Notes: generated from the sequence alone by a model not told the origin. Shown: positions 1 through 13,049, numbered from the whole stretch's first letter. The stretch: DNA of 63,779 nucleotides, filler included, from Octopus bimaculoides (GCF_001194135.2; 5 parts of 5 records of this genome joined end to end with filler, not necessarily neighbours in it), one strand, 5' to 3'. Numbers and translations: made by a program.

Positions 1-56
1 TATATATATATATATATATGTGTGTGTGTATGTATGTATATATGTGTATATATATA

Positions 57-585
57 TGTTCGACTTAAATATCATTGAGCAAATGTGGTCAGAACTAAGG
101 AGAAGAGTTCGTCAGAAGAATCTACGCTATCTTGAAGAGTTGTGGAAGCTCAGCCTCAGAGAATGGTATCTCATACCTGTGAAGATTGTGAAAGATTTGT
201 ACGCATCTCTTCCCAGGCGCATTGAAGCAATTATTCAAGTTCAGGGAAGCCACACGAAATATTAACAATGTACAGTAACTTCTTGAAATGAACATTATGT
301 AATAAATTTTTATTATAGACATTTTTCTTTTCCAAAACGCTGTATCTTGATTGGGTTATGAGAGGTGGCCGAAAACCTTGCACGGCCATTTTGGGAGATC
401 GTCTCGCATCTTCTCCTCCCATTAAGAATCCCTCCTGCAAAAAATAATGATTGTGTATGGAAATGACTCCAACGAGGCTAATGTTTCATCTGTAGAAAAA
501 ACAATGCGAAACATCCAATTATAAGTTGGCAATTAGTAGAAATTTACAATAGTTTAAAGTGGCCGAAGACTTTTGCATGGTACTG
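57..585 (+). mobile_element. 3' end of a Tc1-family DNA transposon (transposase C-terminus plus right terminal repeat)
   Basis: ORF 20-265 reads DLNIIEQMWSELRRRV...EWYLIP...SLPRRIEAIIQVQGSHTKY, matching the Tc1 motif DLNPIENLW...GGHTKY. The element ends ...GCATGGTACTG at 585 followed by TA, the reverse complement of a CAGT-type TIR. Confidence 0.9.
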
Positions 586-587
586 TA

Positions 588-872
588 TATCATATATGGT
601 ATATGTTTATATATATATATATGTATGTGTGTGTATGTTTGTGTGTGTGTGCATGTGCGTTTGTGTATGTGTGTGCGTGCGTGTGTGCGTTCGTGTGTGT
701 GTGTGTATGTGTTATGTGTGTATGTGTGTGCGTGCGTGTATGCGTTCGTGCGTGTGTGTGTGTATGTGTTATGTGTGTATGTGTGTGCGTGCGTGTGTGC
801 GTTCCTGTGTGCGTGCGTTCCTGTGTGTGTGCGTGCGTGTGTGCGTTCCTGTGTGTGTGCGTGTGTGTGTGT
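588..872. repeat. Compound (TA)/(TG)/(TGCG) microsatellite
   Basis: Read directly from sequence; explains the V/C/Y-rich ORFs at 559-1059. Confidence 0.95.
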
Positions 873-1744
873 TTACCTTATAGTTCTAATGAATCATGCA
901 GGAAAAAAACAGACTTATTTCTGGAATATAGATTTGTATTATAGTTACATGGTCGTTGAGATCGTAAAAGGCGTTTCAATAAATACTTTATTTCATTCAC
1001 AAGCTTTGTTTTATCGAGTAATTCTATACGTAAATATAACTGTAATATATAATTGCTGAGGTAATAATACACAGAAAACATTTCTCGACGTCGGGCTGTC
1101 ACCGATTTACTCACTTAACTCCCCTTACTTCATATCTATTTCATCTGAAGAGATAGTGCTTGTTTCCTCCGTTTTGCTTTGGAGGAGGTGCTTATGATCT
1201 TCCAGCCAATACAGCTGGGACCTTGCTTCCATTTACAATATACTTAACTCCTAATCTCACTAAACTCATAATTGAAAACACTTGATTGTTAATCACAAAT
1301 AACTTTTAAAACAAACTTTCTTCTATGTTCTATATATATATATATATATATTCTCCTTCTCATACGCCATTTATTGTTCTTGTTGTGGATAACTGTTGAA
1401 GTGAAATAAGAATTCTCTTTTTGAAAGATAATTCTCAATCATTCTGAAATGTTTGTTAAAATATTTGATCTGTTTACAAATGTAAAGGAACATGTTGAAA
1501 CGACAGATTAGAGGGGGTAATGCCTTCAACTCCGTGTAATTTATGTATAAATACGTTTTGTAAATAGTTATGTGGATTCAGGCAGGTCAACATGTCTTTA
1601 TCTTCCATGCCTATGAATTCATTGAGACAGGATTATGCCGTCCATGCGTGTTTATATATTCTCAATATGATATATGCATAGAGAAGGTTCTCTTTTTACA
1701 AAGACATACACACAGTTATAGAAAATGTGCATATTCATAGATAT

Positions 1745-2070
1745 GTATGCGTTACTCTGTGTGTGTGCGTGTGCATGTGTGTGTGTGTATGTGTGTGTGT
1801 GTGTGTGTGTGCGTGTGTGCATGTGGGCGTGCGTGTGCAGTGTTGAGCCTACTGTGAGAACGTATATTAGCACAAATATTGCCGCAAGCAACTACTTTCT
1901 GTCTTTCACGCATAAACATACATGCATACATACTCTCACGCGAGCAAACACACACACACACACGGACACACACAGACACACATACGCACACACACACACA
2001 TGCACGCGCACGCACACAATCTCTCTTTCTCTCTCTCCCCCTCTCCCGCACACACGCAGACACACATTTT
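1745..2070. repeat. (TG)n and (CA)n/(CT)n microsatellite blocks
   Basis: Read directly from sequence. Confidence 0.9.
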
Positions 2071-2244
2071 CAAAGGTAAAGATGACCATGTGAACTCTCT
2101 TTTATTAAAGCCTCTCTGACATGTTTCCTAACGATCATTTGTCGTGACCTTCTAGAACATAAAGTTTAGAATAACTGTTTTCGACAGACGGTTAGTAGTG
2201 AGAGAATATACACTTAAACACACACACACACATACATACTTGTA

Positions 2245-2278
<34 letters not shown>

Positions 2279-2304
2279 CGCATACATAGCTACATTCATA
2301 TATA

Positions 2305-2410
2305 TGTCATTGTTCAGCTTTATTTTGAGATTTCTTGCCAATAGTGAAAGAGTAGCTTTCTAACCTAGATCTAAGGCTCCTTCACGAGAACTTCAAACAA
2401 CATCAATAGT
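2305..2410 (+). repeat. Unclassified dispersed repeat; inverted copy at about 35438-35545
   Basis: GATTTCTTGCCAATAGTGAAAGAGTAGCTTTCTAACCTAGATCT is the near reverse complement of AAATCTAGATTAGAAACCGATTCTTTCTCTATTGGCAACAAATC. Confidence 0.75.
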
Positions 2411-2544
2411 GGGTATTTGTGCATGCATGCGTATATATTTGTGCCGCATTTAGAGTCAGTGCATGTGCACATTCGTACGTTTTATGCATGTATTCTGAAG
2501 CATATATTTGCATTTCTAGAGATGCATGTATATATTTAAATTAT

Positions 2545-3465
2545 AAACTGCTGGTAAGAGTTACAGATTTTTATAATTCCAGTGATGGACTGGATCTGTA
2601 ATCTTCGAATCAGATTTCTCCTTCCTAGTTTTCAGAAGCTTAATTTCTCATGATTGATAGATAGGAAGTGTGTTACATATCCGACAGTCCTAATAATCGG
2701 GGTTATAAACCTTAACTTGCTATCAGTGTAGATAAAATAACTGTAGATTTCTCAATAGTTCGATATTTTCTTTTTCGGAGATCTTTAATGTCATGTTAAC
2801 AATCCGCTGGGAAACTGATTTCCACTACCCTACACAGTTTCTCTTATGTATTCGAAATCACTATGTCACTTCTCTTATGTTAATATTTTATTAAGGTTTT
2901 CTCTGGAACATTCCACAAGTACTCATTATGAGTGGTTAGCTTCTACTATACTGCGTGTTCTTAATTATGTGCTCTCAGGGTTATCCTTCCGAAGGGTCAC
3001 ATTATGCATTGTCTTAACTGCAACACCATGACTTATCGGAAGATATCACCGTGATGAGATTTTCGGACAAGTTCTTATGATGTGGGTGATATCTTCGTTG
3101 TTAACTCCACAAAGTTTGCATCGGTTGTCACATTTTGCTGCTTTTCCTGTGTCTCAGCTCCTTTTGTGCCTCAGATATTTGGCTGATATTTCCTGTTTCT
3201 GGATTGCAAACGCATCCTCTTCAAAGTGGTAGTTAGTAATTCGGTTGTTGGTCCGTGATAGACTGCTTCAATAATCAATGTTACTATCATCTCGGAGCTT
3301 TCTGCTAACGTATCCATGCATGGTCTTTTGCTGATATTCCCTCCTCCTTTCATCTGATATGTTGGAGTATTTAAAAGAGTGTAACGCACCCTCGTTCTGG
3401 CAGATTAACGCCCGTGTATATGCCTTGTCTAGTACTTCATAGCAATGCATGAACAACACTAAAAC
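2545..3465 (-). mobile_element. R4-clade (RLE-type) non-LTR retrotransposon, degenerate C-terminal part (CCHC knuckle plus restriction-like endonuclease)
   Basis: Minus-strand translation with stops and frameshifts: KTMHGYVSRKL...FAIQKQEISAKYL...CDNRCKLCGVNNEDITHIIRTCP (CCHC), HKRSDIVI...CRVVEISFPAD (degenerate PD-(D/E)xK RLE), and a LQIQSITGIIKIC-like C-terminus. Confidence 0.85.
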
Positions 3466-3469
3466 GTAG

Positions 3470-4880
3470 ATCTAGCCGAAACAACGAAGAAGGTATCACA
3501 ATGGGTTTGAGCGACAGGAAAAGACAGGTGATTTACGGAAGACCATGAGCCACGTGATGATGCTTATTGCCCGCAAGCAAGTAAATCACTATACGTCTCA
3601 CCAACAAAAGTGAAGAAAGAGATAGAAGTTATGTTTAGAAATAGCAAAAATTAAATAAATAAAAACAAATGCAAACTGATCACCCTCAATCAGGAACTAA
3701 ACGTTATCGGTGAGAAACTCCGACATGAGACGAAAAACAATAAGCAAAAAATTTATCCGGAACCAAGAGGCAGTGTACGGAGATATGAGAGGAGAAGGAG
3801 GAACTATCATAGAAGGTCTTTCACGAGAAGACATACACTGCTTATGGAGGAAAAGCTGGAGTGAAGAAATGGAGTTTGTCCGAAAAGCTCTGTGACTGGA
3901 AGAAATTTGAAGTAATTATTATTCCTGCGTTGGTAGTGATACTCTTGTGACTGTAATCCCAAACCTTCAGGATGGAAAAGCACCTGGAAGAGACTTGATT
4001 GCTGGATATTATTGCAAGACGCTAACCGTCTACCAACCGTATCTTATCAACCTGTTCAACCAAGCTCCCAATAGGAATAGTAGCATACCATATATTGGTT
4101 AGCACTGGCAAGGAACGAAGTTGATCCCAGAAAGCAGATCTTTTCACATGGAAAAAAAAAACAACCGGCCAATTACATGCCAGATCTGAATGTATAAAAT
4201 ATACACAGCAAGCTTGAACTGCTTCCTCCAAGACCATTGTGAAAAGTAATAACGTCATTACAGCAGACTAAACAGCTGGGGAGTTGTCGAGAAATTGTTA
4301 ATACACAAAACTGTAATATCAGAGGTGCGGAAGCATAGAAGGAACCTAGGTTTTTCCAGTGAGAATAGTCAAAACCATAGCTGGCCTGACTTTATTGTGG
4401 GCCACCATCTTGACGCTAAACACAAGGATTGACTGTATAATCACTGATAGAATACAGTGTCAACGAGGTACACCACAAGGGAACAGCCTCTTGTGATGCT
4501 GTTTATACTCTCTGTAAGCCCCTTGTCATTCATGAAGTTAAGTCTGAAGGGTGTCTCACTGGTTCACAAGGAAACAGAAAGACCAAAATTACACTGCTTC
4601 TTTGTGGATGACTTGAAATTATATGCAAAGAATGCGCACGAGTTGAAAAAGAACCTTGACCTGGTTACAACATTCTCAAAGTATGTAGTGTTGCATTTTG
4701 GTCGAGATAAATGTTGCTATACGATTGTGAAAAGAGGGAAAACCGTAAACCAGACAAGTAACGTCTCCATCAATATCCAACCGTTTCCTTTATATCTCAC
4801 GAGGAATATTACACGTACCTATGGTGTTGATGTAAACATATCTTACAATGGCGAAACAAACTAAAGTATAACGTGTGAAT
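3470..4880 (+). mobile_element. R4-clade (RLE-type) non-LTR retrotransposon, degenerate reverse transcriptase region
   Basis: Plus-strand motifs in expected order: KAPGRDLIAG, NRPITC, LIHKTVISEVRKHRRNL, PQGNSL, FVDDLKLYAKN (about 4600-4632), FGRDKC. Confidence 0.88.
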
Positions 4881-6411
4881 GAACGAACGAACGAACGAAC
4901 GAACGAACAAGCAGAATTTTAATGGAGATTATTCTCTCAGTACTGCTATGGCGTGAACGCAGAAATTTATTTTACGCTGAGAATGTCTAATATGATTGAA
5001 ACAAGTTTGGTTTTGTTTCCCATCGCTGCTAGAATAATTAAAAATTGGAAATTGACTGATATTGACTCTTCCTCGTGACACAATTATTTTCAATTATCCT
5101 TTTAATGTGCATATAACTTTTATATAGCCTTGCTTAATTAACATTATCTTGCACAGAATATTAAAATGATATTAATAATTAGCCTCACTTCTCTAAGTAT
5201 TATTACTCTAAAAGTAATTATTATATAATTTTTGAATAGTTCGAAATAACGAGATATTATTTACGGAGAAAAATAATGTAGGAACGATGGAAACAAAGAT
5301 ATTCTTGTCGATATGATGCAGCCTTTACATTGTCTCACAACATTGCGAAAAAAGCAGTCAAATAACTTTCACAGAATTTACAGTCCTAGATACCCATGGA
5401 AAGATAGAATTGTCCCAAGCTAGAATTCTTTATAATCACTTGATCAGTGTTGACTGAGTTAAACCACAACAGCAACACCTCTGACTACAATCTCTTTTAA
5501 CAATGAAAAATCTAGGGAGATGAGGGATGTTAGACTCCTTGAAAGTTCGGGAGGAAAAGTATCAATGGGAATGAGATAATAATATATTTATTCATTTCGT
5601 TGTTTCCAAATATATTTAAACTCTTTTAAGTTTTTGCAGGACAAGTTTTAGAAGTAGGATGAAGTAAGTTCTTGTTTCAACGAAGATCTCCGCTTAATAT
5701 CTGCAATAGATTTTCATTTTTCCAACTTTTCTTTATGTCTTGAGAGCTCTAATTTTAAAGGTGTCATTTTCTAAATAAATGCAATTGCTGTTTTTCTAAC
5801 ACCAAGACAGTGGGACGGTAGAATCTTTAGAACATCAGAAAAAATTCATTTCATTATTTCTTCCAGCTCTTTACATCATGATCTTAAATCATTTTAAATT
5901 TTCGTTTAATCACTCCGGGAACGACAAAATGAATTACCACTCAAGTACTGCAGCCATTGATATCTTCTACCCACCCCTGAAATTGCTAATGTTGGGCCTA
6001 AATAAGAAACGATCATTTAAATACCATTTCTCTGAGTATATATTTCTATTCGGTGCTATTACTGTGGCCATTGTTTACTCCTGGGTCAGACCTGATAGGA
6101 GAGGCTTATCATGAAATGTATCCCGTTTAGGAATATGATGGATTACAATATTCGGTTTCCCCTTACCTAATATGTGTTAATTTTCTTACGTGTAGGCTGT
6201 TGTTTAAGGGAGATTAGGCTGCTATTTCTTGCCCATCCTCACATCAAAGCATCTCCTTTCTCCAAACACACAGTGTTCACTAAGACTCAACTCAATAGAT
6301 ACGTCCTGTACAGTGTTACATCACTGACACGAAACTCTTAACGCACCAATAATTTGATGCTTGATCTTGATGTGTGGAAAATTGTTAAACACGCACTTCC
6401 TTTAACCTCTA

Positions 6412-6622
6412 ATATCGGTTTCAAATTTTTGCAGAAGACCAGCAACTCCAGGGATACGTAAGTTGATTACATCTATCCCATTACGCAACAGCTACTTATT
6501 TTATCGACCCCGAAAGAATGATCGGCAACGTCGAGCTCGGCGGAATTTGAACTCAGAACGAAAAGACGGACGAAATACCGCTAAGCATTTTACCCGGTGT
6601 GCTAACGGTTCTGCCAGCTCAC
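6412..6622 (-). mobile_element. tRNA-type SINE family A (central GTCGAC-TTTGCCTTTCATCC domain, Nin-domain-like)
   Basis: Matches other copies in the window: head GAGCTGGCAGAA..GTTAGCAC, B-box-like GAGTTCAAATTCC, and central domain. The Nin label is from memory. Confidence 0.85.
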
Positions 6623-7324
6623 TGATATCGTTTGGCCCTTACTTTTACCGTGTTTGCAAGCTGAGTATTTCTGGAGAAAAACTAAATTTAAGTTGTTGAT
6701 GACGATTCCAAATAATTACCGAAACGTATGTCAGTTTCACCCTCTTTTTCTAATCATATTTTATAAACGAATGGTCGTAACAAACAATAATGACTAAATA
6801 AAAATAAACATATATGTTTGTTCCATACTGTACAATAGTAATTAAACGAAACTCTATTAACACACAATTAATTAAAAATTCATTAATGATTTAACGCATG
6901 GATACAGGATTCAAATCGTATCACAGGACAACTCTGTCTCTCCACCCTCCGTGGGGAGACACATTAGTTTCAGCGAAGCTTGAATAGATACAGTATTTCA
7001 GGACGTCTGACAAATCAAGAATATGTAATCATGTTTTGAATATATGTTGCCATGTGAAAGGATATATGACATGAAGGATAAAGACATTTGTAGTGATTTG
7101 TTACAAATATATGAGGTTAACATTGAAGCCAGACAAAGTTTTCACATCAAAGCATAAGAATATATTAGCATAAGAATATAAAATCTTATTAACATAAGAA
7201 TATATAGTCACGTAAAAGTAGACTCATTTGTATTTCTAACTAAAAATATCTGTTTAAAAGAATGTGAATATATTTTCACAGAAACGTAACGTTTGCGGCT
7301 GCTGTGGCGTCTATATTACATAGT

Positions 7325-7705
7325 GGAGATGCAATGGTCCAGTGGTAAGGGCAGCGGACTCGCGGTCGTAGGATCGCAGTTTCGATTCCCAGACCGGGCG
7401 TTGTATGTGTTTATTCAACAAAAACACTTAAAGCTCCACGAGGCTCCGGTAGCGGGTGGTGGCGAACCCTGCTGTACTCTTTCAGCACAACTTTCTCTCA
7501 CTCTTTCTTCCTGTTTCTGTTGTACCTGTATTTCAAAGGGCCAGCCTTGCCGCACTCAGTATCACCCTGAATCTCCCTGAGAACTACGTTAAGGGCACAC
7601 GTGTCTGTGGAGTGCTCAGCCACTTGCACGTTAATTTCACGAGCAGGCTGTTCCGTTGATCGGATCAACTGGAACACTCGTCATCGCAACTGACGGATGA
7701 CCACA
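7325..7705 (+). mobile_element. tRNA-derived SINE family B, near full length
   Basis: A box TGGTCCAGTGG and B box GTTTCGATTCC, followed by a non-tRNA body; second copy at 50325-50666 (-) and fragment at 58110-58235. Confidence 0.88.
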
Positions 7706-8947
7706 TCGTCATATTACATATCATTTTATGTTTGAAACAATAACAATGGATAGGTGGTTTCTTTTTAATCTTGAATTCCATAGATTGTGATTAGTGTCGA
7801 AGTTCGTTGAACGACTGTGTGAAAGGAGACTGGTGTTCTATCGACATAAATTACACAGATTCTGTTACACCGAGTTGACCAAAATACAAGAATATGAGAA
7901 ACCACTTTTCAATAAACGTCCAATGTCAGAAAATCCAACTAAACGTAGGCCAGTCTGCTTTTGGACTCTATTTTCAATGAAGTCGATTGTAAAGACTGAA
8001 ATGTCAACATATTTTAGTAAACCAGCTGGACAGGGTATTCTTCTGTTATCAGCTGCACGAGGGACAAGTAGAATGATTGATGAAGATGGAAGAGATAAGA
8101 TCCGGTTTCATTATATTCAAGTAATACCCGAAGACAGGAGAGGGAGCAGGAAAGACACATTTCGATATCAAGTTTTATAAAGGTTGTAGTCTGATTGTTT
8201 AACCCTAGGTCAACCTTGATCAAATGAAGCAATGAGCAGAAACGTTTCAACCGTAATCTTTTGATCTACTTTATTCAGAAAATTACATCTTGAAATACTT
8301 TATCCGGCGTGGCTTTTATTTTTTCATATCGTTTAATGAGATGCGAATGATACCTTGCTGCTCATTCTGTGCAGTACAAAAACCCATCGCGTTTCCTCGT
8401 TGGCTTGGGAAAGGTTGCATTAGCAGTGGGTATGCATGAATTCTCTCGAATCCTTGGTATGGTAGCATAGAATGACTGAGAGATGATATGCCTATGAAAC
8501 AGAATAGTCAAACAATTGTTAATATGTTTAATAATGTGACCGCAAAATTAGCATACAACAACTAAATACAAAGAATTATGCAGTGACGAACAAAATGCTT
8601 TTGATTAATGTTATTTGAATAACATGTGCGAAAACGATAGTAATCTTAATTTTCTGCGTAAACAAATGAATACTTTGTTCAGTTATTCTCTAACAACAAT
8701 ACTCCAAGAAATACACTTAAGTCCCTGATTATTCTCTGTTGAATTCATACAGAAACGGAGACGTGTCGGAGAATTAAATTAAATTTTTATTTCAGTGCAA
8801 TTTTTACTAATGAGTTATTTTCATATTATGTGAATTTGATATGATAATATTAAATTCATAAAGAAAAGAATGCGAACTTAACCCACAGAGCATTCGGTCT
8901 AGGTCAAGTGTCCCATTCTCTTCCAATAATTTCACGATTATACTCAT

Positions 8948-9006
<59 letters not shown>

Positions 9007-10513
9007 ATATGTAAGTATGTATGTATGTATTATTTATTGATTTCAGTATTCGTATTTGGTGCGTATATGTGTGTGCATACATGTATGTATGTGTCAATAT
9101 GTGAACATGTGTGCGCACGTGCAAATGGCACTCGACATCTCGGTAATAACTACACTTCTTCTATCAAACCAAATCGAAGTATTGGTTTCCATTTCCAGAT
9201 GAAATATTTCAATATTTTAAAGCCGTTAATGGCTTTTAGAAAATAATTGATCCTCGCATGCATGTATTATGGCAACTTTTAGAAATATTTTATACATTCA
9301 CACAACATTTAGACGCACACACACATGCACATACACCTCGATACACACATGCACGCACGCACGCACAAGCACACACACGCAGAGAAAGAGAGAGAAATAT
9401 ACCCATACAGGCATCCATTTATATGCGCGAATGTGTACGTATATACATACATATATATATATATATATATGGATATAACTCTATGTGTGTGTGTGTGCGT
9501 GTGTGTGTGTGTTTGTGTGTGTGTGCGTGTGTGCCTGCATAAATAATACATATATGCATATAAAGTAGACATCGCGATACTTTTACATGGCGTCCGAATC
9601 GAAGACCCGACACAACTTATAAAGATTAAATATTTGTATCTAAATTTTGAATCACATTTTCCTTTTAAAAGCGTTTCCAGGGTCAATGATCTGTTCTTTT
9701 GCGACGCTTAAAAGCCGCCGTAGTTAGGTACTGAGTATTTCTAATTACCACTGATTTTAATTGGATGATTAGTAAGGATGTTTCTCATTGGTCATTTCTA
9801 ATAATAAGGTGACTACCGGCGGACAAGCAGCAAATGTACGATGAAATTAAATTTATTTCGTCAAACATTCATGTTAAGCTATTAACAAGATTATTGTATA
9901 CATGTATCACATTCGCACGCGTGCATTTGTACAACTAAATAAATAAAAAATGTCGCTATTAAATTGAAAGACTGTACCGCCAATATAAATGTGAAGTCAG
10001 ATATTTTTTACAAGGAGTATACATCTCGACAAGATTCTGTTATTGAACTAGAGGATCCTGCCCCAACATTCACCGGATTAAATACAGTTTAATACACTTT
10101 AACCTTTTACCCATTCTGCTACTCCTACGCGGCATAGTTTCTTTAAATCCTCTCCATAACGTGTTAAGCACTCAATCTTAAGAATGCTTTTCATTTAAGG
10201 TGATAAAAGACATAGCTTAGGCGGCTTCAATGGAATTATCTTCCATTTCATTGAATATTTCTTAATAACTGTTTCGTTTTTTTATTTCTCATATATTTTG
10301 CTTGTTCTTTGTTTCTTTCTTTCGCCATATTATCTCAGTGAAAATATATTTGTTCTAACTTGAAATATTACCGGATCATGCGCGGTGATCTATACAAACG
10401 CATTCGAACACTGCTGTCCGAACATGAAGCATGAGGTCGTTCGCATAGTTTCGGCATGGGATTTTTATTGGTCGCTGTGTTAAATGATTTGCTTGCTGAT
10501 CCTATCAAAGAAT

Positions 10514-10660
10514 ACATACATACATACATGCATACATACATACATACATACATGCATACATACATACATACATACACACATACATACACAAACCCACACT
10601 TACATACCTCGTGTATATATATGTGTGTGTGTATATATGTTTAGATAGATAGATAGATAA

Positions 10661-10715
<55 letters not shown>
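10514..10715. repeat. (TACA)n and (AGAT)n tetranucleotide microsatellites
   Basis: Read directly from sequence. Confidence 0.95.
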
Positions 10716-10716
<1 letters not shown>

Positions 10717-11388
10717 AACTTACTTGGAGGGGGATGCGTGGTGTTTAATCATATAATAAAATAAATAATATATATATATNNNNNNNNNNNNNNNNNNNNN
10801 NNNNNNNNNNNNNNNNNNNNNNNNNNNNNNNNNNNNNNNNNNNNNNNNNNNNNNNNNNNNNNNNNNNNNNNNNNNNNNNNNNNNNNNNNNNNNNNNNNNN
10901 NNNNNNNNNNNNNNNNNNNNNNNNNNNNNNNNNNNNNNNNNNNNNNNNNNNNNNNNNNNNNNNNNNNNNNNNNNNNNNNNNNNNNNNNNNNNNNNNNNNN
11001 NNNNNNNNNNNNNNNNNNNNNNNNNNNNNNNNNNNNNNNNNNNNNNNNNNNNNNNNNNNNNNNNNNNNNNNNNNNNNNNNNNNNNNNNNNNNNNNNNNNN
11101 NNNNNNNNNNNNNNNNNNNNNNNNNNNNNNNNNNNNNNNNNNNNNNNNNNNNNNNNNNNNNNNNNNNNNNNNNNNNNNNNNNNNNNNNNNNNNNNNNNNN
11201 NNNNNNNNNNNNNNNNNNNNNNNNNNNNNNNNNNNNNNNNNNNNNNNNNNNNNNNNNNNNNNNNNNNNNNNNNNNNNNNNNNNNNNNNNNNNNNNNNNNN
11301 NNNNNNNNNNNNNNNNNNNNNNNNNNNNNNNNNNNNNNNNNNNNNNNNNNNNNNNNNNNNNNNNNNNNNNNNNNNNNNNNNNNNNNNN

Positions 11389-11463
<75 letters not shown>

Positions 11464-11934
11464 GTATGTATGTAAGTATGTATGTATGTATGTATATATA
11501 GCTAATTACAAACCAACTTCCCTTATTATAAAGAGCATAGATGTCCTTTGTAATATAAACGGTGTCAGATTTTGTATTTTACAGATTCAGAGACAATATT
11601 TCTTGAAGTTGAATAAATGTCTTTCTCACTGATGCCCTTAACTCAGCTCAGTGGTTATCAAGTGCATTGTGACCATGAGGTTTGGTGCTGTCAAAGAGTT
11701 AAACTGCACCCTGCTTTGAGTGCCGAAATTGGTCTACGCATTTGCTTTGCGTATAACATGACGTTCCTTACATATTCGTTGCTCCGCCTGAAAAGTGTCA
11801 AGAATATTACTCAGTGACCTTTAACAAAGCCACCACCACAACCACCACCACCACTACTACTACCAAACACCAATAAACAAAAATCAGTTAAATCTTATAA
11901 ATATCAAGCTTCAATATACACACCGGGTTATAAT

Positions 11935-12120
11935 GCATCCAGCTGGCAAAACTCTTAGCATGCTGGCCAAAAAGCTTTTCGTCCGAGTTCCCGAGGTCGA
12001 CTTTGCCTTTCATCAAATCGTACTCGATAAAATAGGTATCAGTTAAGTCCTGGAATCGATGTAATCGGTTTACCCCTTCACCAAAATTGCTGGACTTGGG
12101 CCAAATATTGAAACCAATAT
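11935..12120 (+). mobile_element. SINE family A, diverged copy
   Basis: Head AGCTGGCAAAA, GAGGTCGACTTTGCCTTTCATC core, tail CCAAAATTGCTGGACTTGGGCC. Confidence 0.75.
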
Positions 12121-13049
12121 ATTATGTAATATGATGTAAATGAAATACAGCTCAAATTATTGGATCATTTACAAAGTAGAAATATTTCAATGGCATGTGT
12201 TAGTTTGTTGTTTATATACAAATACACGCGCGCGCATACACACACACACACACACACACATACATATATATATATGGTGTATATTAACACTTAGTTATTT
12301 TACATTTCATATATTGCTAGTATTATTGTTTCCATCACAATTTAATATTTTTTACTAAATTATATTTTGTTTCTCAGGATAGAAGCTAAGTTTCCCATAC
12401 ATAAATGAATATAAATAAATACTTTAAAAAATACGATGTTGTCAATGTTGTCAAAGTGAAATAATGTCGACAGATATGCAGTCCTATTGGTATTTATTGC
12501 AATGGCTACTGTCACACATCTGTCTTTCAACGGTTGTTCGGTTACAGTGACCTTCATATATTCTAATTATTTGTATAACTCTCTATTACAGGCTGTTTAA
12601 AAAATAGTTGCCCGTATTCGCTCGTCACTTTTACAATTGATTCCCTTTGTCTTACTTTCAGTTAATTCATTCTTTCTTGGAATTATATTTTAATGAGACA
12701 GTTGTTGAAGCATGGTAATTCTGAAATATAAAAAGCCATCAAGTGATTAGTTGAGCCGGGAGACTTTAAATTACAACCAGTAACGAAAGGTGAACAACCC
12801 GTCTCTTCCTAATCAAATAACAAGAACTTGATCACTAAAGTCTTCAATGGTCTACGTTCAGTTTAATGATATTGATTTCAAATTTTGGTACAAGGCCAGC
12901 ACCTCCGGAGGACTGGGCGAGTCGATTGCTAAGTATTTTGCTAATGGTTCTGCCAGCTCGCCGCCTTCATCAGTTGAATGATTAGGATGACACTTTCTGA
13001 ACTCAATATCTTTAATAACAATGAACAGGCTGTAATTTTACAAACCAAG

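Noticed and set aside
559-1059. Long Cys/Val/Tyr-, His/Thr-, poly-D, poly-N and poly-L ORFs here and elsewhere
   Set aside because: They are translations of microsatellites.
8721-8772. Hammerhead-like GTCCCTGATTA...GGAGACGTGTCGGAG
   Set aside because: Both catalytic boxes are mutated; too degenerate to support.
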